From positions 47,568 through 111,567 of the forward strand of contig CAZNGO010000043.1 of NCBI GenBank assembly GCA_964572805.1: a DNA stretch of 64,000 nt, in the 5' to 3' direction. A program made the position numbers and the translations under genes. Positions within the stretch are counted from its first letter, which is position 1; every line of letters starts with the position of its first letter. This document shows, in pieces, positions 50,988-58,594 of this stretch. Under the pieces are notes generated by a model. The model had not been told where the DNA came from. It worked only from the letters and a program-made list of their open reading frames with translations, and searched no databases. The stretch comes from an uncultured Rhizobium sp. GTDB taxonomy: Bacteria; Pseudomonadota; Alphaproteobacteria; Micropepsales; Micropepsaceae.

Positions 50988-52617
50988 GCTTGGTGAGGTT
51001 CTGGTCTTTAGTCTGAAACGTTGCTGTTTCGTTGATCCTTATGGTCCGAAGACGCGGCGATGGAGTTCCTGCCACCCAATCAAGGGCCATTTGCACGCCC
51101 ATTCCCGATGCGATCCCGGATGGGCCTGGCCCATAAGCGAAATACGCACCCTCGCCGCAATTCGCGGGGACTAAGGCCGCTGGATGTTCTGGCTGCAAGA
51201 CACGAAATCGTTCTTTTCCATCAGCCTGAGTCAGGCAATCAAGGCAGCCGAAGGCGGGGTCGTCAACAAGAAGCGCGCGCGCTGCAACTCCGTTGCCTTC
51301 AAGCCAAACATGAAGATGGGCGGGCGCGACCTTTCCGGCCCTTCTTAGGCCGACAAGATGAGCGTTGATTGCACGAGAAACCGGTTGATCGCCGGTCGCA
51401 TCGACGACTAGATCATATCGCGCCAACTCATCGAGGTGTCGCAGCGCATCGTCATTAGTGGGTTGAGCGTTAATGCCTGGGTACGTGGCCTTCAGAAGCG
51501 CGCAGCATTCTGACGCCTTTGAAAGTCCGATTGACCGAAGGCCAAGAACGTGCCGCCCGACATTTCCCGGACTAAATAATTGTTGGTCCATCAAAGACAG
51601 ATAGCCGCCGCCAAAGCCAGCCCCAGCTTGCGCGAACAATTTCGCCAATTGCCCGCCAATGGTCCCGAGGCCCACTAGGACGATGCGCTTCTTATCCAAG
51701 CCGGGCTTTCCTCCGAGGTTCCGTTCAATAACGAACCGTTCGTCCGCCCGCTCTCCCGTCAACCTCGTAATGGGGATTTTATCTGCGAAGTGTTGAATCA
51801 GATATCGCCCAAAACCCTTAGTCTGTTGCGCCTTCACCAACCCCGGAGGAGGCTTTGCTATCGCGCCGACCGTGCCATTCTGGGCGGCCAAAATTACACA
51901 CATCGACGACAACCGCCGCTCTGCAAGACCATTAGTAATCTTTGTGTCCAAATCGAACTCAACTGATGCAGCCCATTTCAGCAGTTCATCCAACGTACTT
52001 GGCTGCACAAACGGACGCTTAAACGTAAGTGGGTTTTTCACCCTTATCACCCAGGCTCGTGGTGCGTTTCTCCAGACCTGGGCCTTCTGTGTCGCCGTCA
52101 TGCCGAAGCGATTGAGCGAATCCTCTCCTTTGCCTATCACCGATAACAGGTCCTGTTCGCGCTCTACCTGCAACAGCCTTGCCTCTCCGGATTTCGGCCA
52201 CTCCTCAGCAATGTAGAACCGGTCTCCGCGCCAGTGCTGCGGAAATTCAATTGCAATCTCCTCGCTCAGATCTTGGGTCAACATGCGCGCGAGCGCTTCA
52301 GTCATAGCGTTTACGCATCGAGTAACTGAAACGTCTGGCCGAAATGGGTCGAGTTGCATCTCGATATCTTGGGCGTAGCAAACGCGGTCGTCGTCTTCTA
52401 TGTGGGCGACTATCTCGGAAAACTGCTTCGCTCTATCGACGAGAAAGAGCCTGGGGATGCGCGTAAGCGTTGCATCCGTAAACAGTACCTCGACCTCCAC
52501 CGACGTATTATTCGGCCTTAGTACGCCTTTGAATTTTAAACCACGAGTTTGAGTGCGATCACGCTCGAAACCAAGCACGACCATGGTCTCGTGTATCACC
52601 CGCGCATTATCATCCAT
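50959..52617 (-). CDS. cap2: CBASS Cap2 (E2-like plus E1/ThiF-like fusion)
   Basis: N-terminal E2-like region with DDDRVCYAQ. The C-terminal ThiF/E1 Rossmann region has VLVGLGTIGGQLAKLFAQAGAG and a CLDC cysteine cluster. Its start shares one base with the CD-NTase stop (TGATG). Confidence 0.87.
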   Translation of the reverse strand: MDDNARVIHETMVVLGFERDRTQTRGLKFKGVLRPNNTSVEVEVLFTDATLTRIPRLFLVDRAKQFSEIVAHIEDDDRVCYAQDIEMQLDPFRPDVSVTRCVNAMTEALARMLTQDLSEEIAIEFPQHWRGDRFYIAEEWPKSGEARLLQVEREQDLLSVIGKGEDSLNRFGMTATQKAQVWRNAPRAWVIRVKNPLTFKRPFVQPSTLDELLKWAASVEFDLDTKITNGLAERRLSSMCVILAAQNGTVGAIAKPPPGLVKAQQTKGFGRYLIQHFADKIPITRLTGERADERFVIERNLGGKPGLDKKRIVLVGLGTIGGQLAKLFAQAGAGFGGGYLSLMDQQLFSPGNVGRHVLGLRSIGLSKASECCALLKATYPGINAQPTNDDALRHLDELARYDLVVDATGDQPVSRAINAHLVGLRRAGKVAPAHLHVWLEGNGVAARALLVDDPAFGCLDCLTQADGKERFRVLQPEHPAALVPANCGEGAYFAYGPGPSGIASGMGVQMALDWVAGTPSPRLRTIRINETATFQTKDQNLTKLAGCRVCAA

Positions 52618-53843
52618 CAGCCAGAACGAGTTCGGATAACGATGGGTGCCGATACTCTCGTGGCCTCGTATTGCCGGATCAGGCGCTCCGCCGTGACGGG
52701 GACAATCAATTCGGCGTCGTCCGGTATCCGCGAACCGAGAACCTCAACAAATCGAGCCAGAGAGAATTCTGTGTTCGATGTGCTTTGTATCGCGTCTGAC
52801 ACGCTCCTGTGAAGTGCCTTTGCCGCCTCGACATATTCCGCGCGTTGGGCTGCTGTCCATTCGCCATTCAAGACTTTCTGAAGGACAGGATTTGCTATGC
52901 CCCTTGGGTCAGCGAAAAAATCCGGAAGCTTTGAAGCCACTAGCAGGAGCGCCGCGTCGTCCCGTGCGCTATCGAAATTGCCCTGTAAGGAATCGAAAAC
53001 GTCCACGGCGCATTTCATCAAGGTGATCGAACTGACACGCGATGTCGTCTGCCAGCGGAAATCCCTCCACGCCTTAATATAGCGGCAAATGCGCACCAAC
53101 TGCTCGCCATGGGTTTTGACTGCCTCCACAAACCAATCTTCGATGGCCCGAGGATCAGATTCAGTCCAGCCTTCCGAGCGCTGCGCCAGCATGATCGTGT
53201 CGGTATCGAGATCGCGGTAAACTCGATCCGCGAACTCGTCGAAGGCCAGCAGCGCCGTATCATGGGCGAACAAGGAATCTGCCCGAGCGGCTTTTTCGAG
53301 TAACGTTGCGTATTCCTTATCGGGGATCGCGTAGAGCGCGATGTCGAGGTGAGAACGCGCATCAAGCTCGATCCGGACGCAGCAATCCTTCTGAATCATC
53401 TTCCAGTTTTGGGCCCTGCACAGCGGTTCAAGCGCCTTCTCCACTAGGAGGAAGTAGCCCTGGCTTGTGATGGCTGGTGACTGGCTGTTGCCTTGGACAA
53501 AGAACGAGACTGGCAGAAACATGCCATCATCGAAGTCGATCTGCTGACCGGTCCAGGCGGGTACATTCAGCGTTCGATATGCGTAGCTACCTTGCCTTCG
53601 AAATTTGGGGCTAAGGTTGGGGACAGGCATTCCAGCGCGAGCATAGGCGCGCTCAATCACCGTCTTGTCGTCGGCAAGCTGGTGCCAGTTCTTGAAGGCT
53701 AGGGTTATCGCGGTGCGCGCCTTGTCTCGGGCATTCCGGAGGCGGTTCAGCCTGTCTTCTGGCACTTCCAAAGATTCGAGAAAGGGCCGGTCGGCGCGCT
53801 GGCCGGAAAACAGAGAATGGGCATTCAAAATCGTCTGAATCAT
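52617..53843 (-). CDS. CD-NTase (cGAS/DncV-like nucleotidyltransferase)
   Basis: RRQGSYAYRTLN (G-S motif), QQIDFDDGMFLP (DxD) and SHLDIALYAIP (third Asp). Length 408 aa, with a C-terminal ...RTRSG. Confidence 0.9.
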   Translation of the reverse strand: MIQTILNAHSLFSGQRADRPFLESLEVPEDRLNRLRNARDKARTAITLAFKNWHQLADDKTVIERAYARAGMPVPNLSPKFRRQGSYAYRTLNVPAWTGQQIDFDDGMFLPVSFFVQGNSQSPAITSQGYFLLVEKALEPLCRAQNWKMIQKDCCVRIELDARSHLDIALYAIPDKEYATLLEKAARADSLFAHDTALLAFDEFADRVYRDLDTDTIMLAQRSEGWTESDPRAIEDWFVEAVKTHGEQLVRICRYIKAWRDFRWQTTSRVSSITLMKCAVDVFDSLQGNFDSARDDAALLLVASKLPDFFADPRGIANPVLQKVLNGEWTAAQRAEYVEAAKALHRSVSDAIQSTSNTEFSLARFVEVLGSRIPDDAELIVPVTAERLIRQYEATRVSAPIVIRTRSG

Positions 53844-53917
53844 AATATCCTACCTTGGGCTTCCAGCCCCTTCTTGACGACCTCCCTCACCCCCAAAGGG
53901 TCACGCCAAACGTTATC

Positions 53918-54604
53918 ATGTTCCAACTCCTAGATTTTAGAAAATGCTTGGAGTGGTTCGCGCCCCTCGTGGCCGCGACGGCAATCATTATATGGGCGAT
54001 TCGGATGCCGAGGGAACTGCTAGATATCGTGGAGACGATCAGCCTTGCGGGGCTCGTCTCGGTCACGATTGTATTCCTAGTTGGTGAGACACCGCTTTTC
54101 CACGTGTTGTGGAAAATCCCCTTTGTTCAGAAGCACTTGTTTCCATTCATCCCTGGAATTTATGACGGGACGATATCGTCAAATTGGAAAGTGATTGAAG
54201 CACTTCGAACGGGTGCGACCGGTATTGGTGGCCTTGTAGACGCCAGTTTGCATGTGGATCGAGTGGGAAATTTCGATAAGCCCGTAACGGTCGAAATAAA
54301 GGCTTCTCTGTTCCGGGTGAGCATGAAACTCACACCCAAGGATGCTTACACCGACTCGCAGACCGTCTGGCTGCGTCCAATCGCCGAAGGTGAAGCAGGA
54401 CATCCACGGCTGTTCTACATGTATAGATCAATCACTCAGGGCGCGCCCAAAGCGACGGATGTTCCTACTCATTTTGGCGCGGCTTATGTGGATGTGATCG
54501 CAGATGGCAACAAGATCACGCTCAGGGGCGTCTACTGGACAGAGCGGGACTGGCCGCGTGGGAACAACACAGCCGGTGCGATCAGTGTCGCAAAGGTATT
54601 TTGA
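53918..54604 (+). CDS. two-TM, beta-strand-rich CBASS effector candidate (Cap15 / S-2TMbeta-like)
   Basis: The ATG at 53918 gives MFQLLDFRKCLEWFAPLVAATAIIIWAI...ISLAGLVSVTIVFLVG (2 TM), followed by a roughly 150 aa beta-rich domain ending GVYWTERDWPRGNNTAGAISVAKVF. It is divergent from the CD-NTase. Confidence 0.68.
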   Translation: MFQLLDFRKCLEWFAPLVAATAIIIWAIRMPRELLDIVETISLAGLVSVTIVFLVGETPLFHVLWKIPFVQKHLFPFIPGIYDGTISSNWKVIEALRTGATGIGGLVDASLHVDRVGNFDKPVTVEIKASLFRVSMKLTPKDAYTDSQTVWLRPIAEGEAGHPRLFYMYRSITQGAPKATDVPTHFGAAYVDVIADGNKITLRGVYWTERDWPRGNNTAGAISVAKVF

Positions 54605-54745
54605 CTAGAGCCATCGCCCAAGTGGTAGCGCTAGGCAAACTACCTCGGAGTCTCGCGACTGACCGGAGTATGTGCTTGGCGCATTGCCTGTTTTTATTCA
54701 AGGAATGTGTGCCGGACTGCGCCCAGCAAAGGCCACGTTCTCCAC

Positions 54746-55018
54746 TTACCCGCCATGCCCCGCCCGATACTGCTGGATCATCGCCGGGGTCACATCCGCG
54801 TCGTAGCAGATGGGCGAGCGGCCTCCTGGACGGCTGTATGCGCTCCTCCGCCCACACGAACGGCCCGCTCGATCCCTGTTGTAGGGACAGGGGCAATTGC
54901 CGGGATACGAGGCGAGTGACTCTCGGATGACGGCCTGCCGGACCTGGGCGTCCGTCATCCGCTGGGCGGCGGCGGGCATGGCGATGGTGAGCAACGCAAC
55001 AGCGAGCAACGCTCTCAT
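54746..55018 (-). CDS. small secreted Cys-rich protein
   Basis: Signal peptide MRALLAVALLTIAMPAAAQ, then GNCPCPYNRDRAGRSCGRRSAYSRPGGRSPICY. Length 90 aa. Confidence 0.6.
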   Translation of the reverse strand: MRALLAVALLTIAMPAAAQRMTDAQVRQAVIRESLASYPGNCPCPYNRDRAGRSCGRRSAYSRPGGRSPICYDADVTPAMIQQYRAGHGG

Positions 55019-55056
55019 GGCATCCCCCTATTGTTTTGGCCGGTATAGCACAATTT

Positions 55057-55075
55057 GCCGGGCTATATGCCCGGC
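55057..55075. repeat. perfect palindrome containing a third copy of the island-end 13-mer
   Basis: GCCGGGC-TATAT-GCCCGGC. Positions 55063-55075 (CTATATGCCCGGC) equal the 3' half of the 26 bp repeat. Confidence 0.85.
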
Positions 55076-55099
55076 GCTATGCCCGGACCCTATCTAGGC

Positions 55100-55132
55100 G
55101 CGAATGACCGCTTCTGACCCAAAGCGGACATT
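55100..55132. repeat. REP-like hairpin repeat, copy A
   Basis: GCGAATGACCGCTTCTGACCCAAAGCGGACATT. It matches 57692-57724 at 29 of 33 positions and contains the CCGCTT/AAGCGG stem. Confidence 0.75.
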
Positions 55133-55387
55133 CAGACGGGGACCTTGATTTGCTCCGTATGCACTTTCGGATGGGCTGTTTTACTGACTGAGTTGATTGA
55201 TCGAGGCGGGCGACGGACCCACTGTGGTCCCTGATCGGGCCATACAGCCTGAAAAACTGCCCACGTCATCCTCACGTGGTGGACGAATAGCCCAGTTCGG
55301 TACAAGATGCGTATGGGGTGATCGCCGAGGGATTTACCGAGCAGGCGTACCAACTTTTTGGACATCACATTTGGCGGGGCAACCATT

Positions 55388-56074
55388 ATGTGGAAGTCGA
55401 TTATCATTCCGGCTTTAATTCTGGCGACATTTGCTAGCCCAGTAAAGGGGCAATCAATACAGGGCTTTAATCCGCGGTGCACAGACGCAGCGGGCACTCC
55501 GGTGCGATTTATTTTCGTGCCACAATTGTCGGACATAGGAATCTCTACGGTGCTGAATGGGGCTCCGGTTATCGAGCTTCATTCAAATCTCCTCTCGTTT
55601 CCCCCCCTTTTGCAGATGTTCTTCTATGTCCATGAATGCGAACACCACATACATGGCGACGTTCTAAACGGCCTTTTGGGTGTGGTTGATTTTAGCCGGG
55701 AAAGCAAGGCTGACAGAGATGCGATACGTGCTCTGAGAGACGTTTATGGGATATCATCCGCACAAGCTGCGCTTATCTCAAGCCTCTTTCTAAGCGTGCC
55801 TGAAATGCGTCCATTTTATGCTGCGGGACCCATTCGTGCCAAATGGATCCGAGATTGCTTCGCTACGTCCGACGAATTCTGTGGCTCATCGACGGCGTTT
55901 AAAGGATTGCGGGGCTCTTCCGGTGAAAGGGATGGCGAAGGAAGACCGTGCGATAGTGCTGAAGCTCTCATTATGCAGTCCTGTAGGAGCCAGCAAGAAA
56001 TCGATGCCGAGAAACAGCGTTCGTATTGCAACAGCGCAGCGGCCATGATTATGGGCGACTGCAAAAAGGATTAG
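55388..56074 (+). CDS. secreted protein with HExxH motif (putative metallopeptidase)
   Basis: The ATG at 55388 gives MWKSIIIPALILATFASPVKGQ (signal). FFYVHECEHHIHGD contains HECEH. The C-terminus is Cys-rich. Confidence 0.5.
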   Translation: MWKSIIIPALILATFASPVKGQSIQGFNPRCTDAAGTPVRFIFVPQLSDIGISTVLNGAPVIELHSNLLSFPPLLQMFFYVHECEHHIHGDVLNGLLGVVDFSRESKADRDAIRALRDVYGISSAQAALISSLFLSVPEMRPFYAAGPIRAKWIRDCFATSDEFCGSSTAFKGLRGSSGERDGEGRPCDSAEALIMQSCRSQQEIDAEKQRSYCNSAAAMIMGDCKKD

Positions 56075-56108
56075 ACCGCTTCTTCATTCGCGTGTTTGGA
56101 GGCGTTCA

Positions 56109-57638
56109 ATGTCGCGGCTTGCTTTAACTTTCTGTGTAGCGATTGCTTGCGGCTCCGCCGTTCTGGGTAGTGGCCTGATTTGGCGGCCTGCATCTGCTCA
56201 GCAAGGATTTGATTACGCCAAAGAGGCGACGCCCGGCGCCGAAATCCCGGACATCCATGCGTGCAAGGTAGAAAAGCTTAGCCACGCAATGTTGGCGTTG
56301 CCTGGAATCAAGTGCGATGTAACAAGCGACTTGGGCATCATAACAAAAGAGGCAGATCAGCAGTCACAGTATTTCTGTTCCGCTGACGGGCGGATTTACC
56401 GCGCATCCGATCTCGGCGCTCATGCTTACGAGACTAGGTGTACGATGTCCTTGGGTGACATGCGTGTACGCTTTCTATACGCGAATGCTCTTCAATGCGG
56501 CGTAGCTGAGGGTTTATCGCAAACCGCTCTCAGTGGACTATTAGCAGGCGGTCCATTTGTAACGGAGCGCGTTCATTGCCCATCAGGCTTACATCCGGAC
56601 GCCCGCACGGAGGCCGGAAAGGCAACAATAATGCGGCAATGCTTCCAGCAAACGCTGGAGGGTGTGCGAAAGGAATCGGGCGATCTGACTCTTCGTCCGT
56701 GTGCACCAAACTCTCGTTGGAATGGCTTCAATTCTGAAATTACTCGTGAGCTGGGACTCGACCAATCTTTAAATGATGAATTCGCGCACCCGGTAAGCGC
56801 TGGGCCAACATTGCAGGATTGTCCAGAATTATGCCCAAAGATGGCCCTTATTCCAGCGGGCTCTTTTTTAATGGGTGTAAACGATGGCCATAGGGTAACC
56901 ATCGCCAAACCATTCGCGATGGCAAAGTATGATGTTACGCGCGCAGATTATGCTCGCTTTGTTGCTGAGACGAATTGGAAGTCTGAAGACCATTGCTGGA
57001 AAGGCGATGACCATACAGGCCCTTCCGGCATTAGCGAGGACGCCAATTGGCGCTCCCCCGGCATAACCCAATCTGATTTGGACCCGGTAGTGTGTGTCAG
57101 TTTCGCAGATGTCCAAGCTTACATTGAATGGCTCAATCGAAAGACACACCAGACCTATCGTTTGCCGTCTGAGGCGGAATGGGAATACGCCACCAGAGCG
57201 GGGAGCATAACGACATATTGGTGGGGCCAAGACATCAATCGGGGGTGCGAGTTTGACAACTTATTCGATACCGGCTCGTTGAACCAACATGTGAGTGACC
57301 GAGAAATCAGTTTTGCGATTTCTCACCTTTACGTGGCTGCAAATTGTTCTGATGGCTATTTGACGTTCTCACCCGTTGGCGCATTTAAGCCCAATCCTTT
57401 CGGCCTCTACGATATGGTTGGAGACGCAAGGCAATATATGGCTGATTGCTGGCATGTAAGCGTTGTGGATGCACCGAGCAACGGCAGCCCGTGGATAGCT
57501 CCTTCCTGTAGGTATCATGTGATTCGCGGCGCAGGTTGGTATGAAAGTGCCTGGCAAATGTCTCAGTCTGGATATCGTAGCACCTGGGGTGGGCAGGCGC
57601 ACTTTGACTTAGGGTTTAGGCTCGCCAAGTCTCTTTGA
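56109..57638 (+). CDS. secreted FGE-sulfatase (SUMF1/EgtB/PvdO-type) domain protein
   Basis: The C-terminal half has LIPAGSFLMG...YRLPSEAEWEYATRAG...PNPFGLYDMVGD...VIRGAGW...GFRLAK. The N-terminal roughly 240 aa are unassigned and carry a signal peptide. Confidence 0.85.
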   Translation: MSRLALTFCVAIACGSAVLGSGLIWRPASAQQGFDYAKEATPGAEIPDIHACKVEKLSHAMLALPGIKCDVTSDLGIITKEADQQSQYFCSADGRIYRASDLGAHAYETRCTMSLGDMRVRFLYANALQCGVAEGLSQTALSGLLAGGPFVTERVHCPSGLHPDARTEAGKATIMRQCFQQTLEGVRKESGDLTLRPCAPNSRWNGFNSEITRELGLDQSLNDEFAHPVSAGPTLQDCPELCPKMALIPAGSFLMGVNDGHRVTIAKPFAMAKYDVTRADYARFVAETNWKSEDHCWKGDDHTGPSGISEDANWRSPGITQSDLDPVVCVSFADVQAYIEWLNRKTHQTYRLPSEAEWEYATRAGSITTYWWGQDINRGCEFDNLFDTGSLNQHVSDREISFAISHLYVAANCSDGYLTFSPVGAFKPNPFGLYDMVGDARQYMADCWHVSVVDAPSNGSPWIAPSCRYHVIRGAGWYESAWQMSQSGYRSTWGGQAHFDLGFRLAKSL

Positions 57639-57691
57639 CATTGTGGCTGATTGCACCCTGGCCAATGTCCTGATGATCTTACCACCCCTCG

Positions 57692-57724
57692 GCGAACGAC
57701 CGCTTTTGGCGCAAAGCGGACATT
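57692..57724. repeat. REP-like hairpin repeat, copy B
   Basis: GCGAACGACCGCTTTTGGCGCAAAGCGGACATT. The stem is CCGCTTT/AAAGCGG. Confidence 0.75.
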
Positions 57725-57756
57725 GCGAATGTCACGAAATTGGTAGGCTCACCTTC

Positions 57757-57782
57757 CTGATGTTGAGGTCTATATGCCCGGC
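57757..57782 (+). repeat. 26 bp direct repeat, copy 2 (boundary between island modules)
   Basis: CTGATGTTGAGGTCTATATGCCCGGC is identical to 50428-50453. Confidence 0.9.
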
Positions 57783-57797
57783 TGCAAACGGAATGGT

Positions 57798-58106
57798 CTA
57801 ATTGAGCGGAACATTGTGCTCGGCCATACACTGCCGGAATACATATTTGGCCTGCTGGTCAACGTTCATAAAGCCGTTGTCTTCGACCTTGCCCGTTGCC
57901 GCGTTGTAGTAGGCGTCAAAATGCTTGTAGGAGTCACCGTATGCTGGGTTTGGGTCTGGCATGTTGCGGACGTACAGAACACAGTCAGCAATCACCTTCT
58001 TTATCACCGCGCTTATGGCAGGTTTTTTTGGGGAACTTGCCTGTTGACCGAATGTGGGCAGAGTTGCCGTAGCCATTAGGAATACCGCAGCCACTAGCCT
58101 TTTCAT
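57798..58106 (-). CDS. small secreted protein, unknown function
   Basis: The ATG at 58106 gives MKRLVAAVFLMATATLPTFGQQ (signal). It has two Cys residues. There is a 1-nt gap to the stop of the upstream ORF. Confidence 0.5.
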   Translation of the reverse strand: MKRLVAAVFLMATATLPTFGQQASSPKKPAISAVIKKVIADCVLYVRNMPDPNPAYGDSYKHFDAYYNAATGKVEDNGFMNVDQQAKYVFRQCMAEHNVPLN

Positions 58107-58107
58107 T

Positions 58108-58431
58108 TTATAACCCCTTCCAGCCCTCAACGGCGGCGACAACGCTAGCCACGGCGGCAACCAGTGAAAGCGCCAGCAGGACGCTATAGCCGATCCTGTC
58201 CATCAAGATACGCCAGCGGATGACCGCTACCAGTTCCACCCGGCTTATCAGACCGTCGCTGAGGCGAAGTAGATCGTCACTGGTGCCTTGGTAGATGCGG
58301 CGTAGGTCGTCGGTGGTGTAAAGTTTCAAATCGGCGGCGTTGCGGCCTGAGATTTTCCGCAAGACGCAAATTACATCCCACCATGTCATCAAGTGGACGG
58401 TCTGCTTCGGGCCGGGGATTGCCATAGGCAC
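58108..58431 (-). CDS. tail-anchored small membrane protein, unknown function
   Basis: Soluble N-terminal roughly 70 aa, then a C-terminal TM YSVLLALSLVAAVASVVAAV. The start is 58431 or 58389. Confidence 0.42.
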   Translation of the reverse strand: MPMAIPGPKQTVHLMTWWDVICVLRKISGRNAADLKLYTTDDLRRIYQGTSDDLLRLSDGLISRVELVAVIRWRILMDRIGYSVLLALSLVAAVASVVAAVEGWKGL

Positions 58432-58594
58432 AGCATACCCGATTTTCAGTCAGCGCTAGACCTGTCGGGCAGCCGGTTGCCGGAAAAGCACGATGGGGCC
58501 GCCAAGGGGCCCCCGGCACGTCGCCAATTTTTCTAGGTGAACTCGCCTATCGGCTCGCCAAGCCTTCGGCTTGGGCTGGCGCTCGGCCTATGCC

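Noticed and set aside
54605-54680. A tRNA-like string (…GCCCAAGTGGTAGCGCTAGG…) in the convergent gap after the CBASS effector
   Set aside because: It resembles a D-arm, but I could not build an acceptor stem, anticodon stem or T-arm around it. At most it is a degraded fragment.
55132-55536. Minus-strand ORF (134 aa) overlapping the start of the HExxH gene
   Set aside because: It overlaps the signal-peptide region of a better-supported plus-strand gene, has no RBS and matches no recognised family. The 250 bp upstream region may simply be non-coding. A decayed gene fragment cannot be excluded.
50454-57782. The interpretation that the 26 bp direct repeats are the two ends (attL/attR or a target duplication) of a single 7.3 kb insertion
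   Set aside because: The DNA to the right of the second copy does not continue comM. Only the first 6 bases of the repeat are comM-derived, so the repeat is mostly element sequence present at two left-hand junctions.
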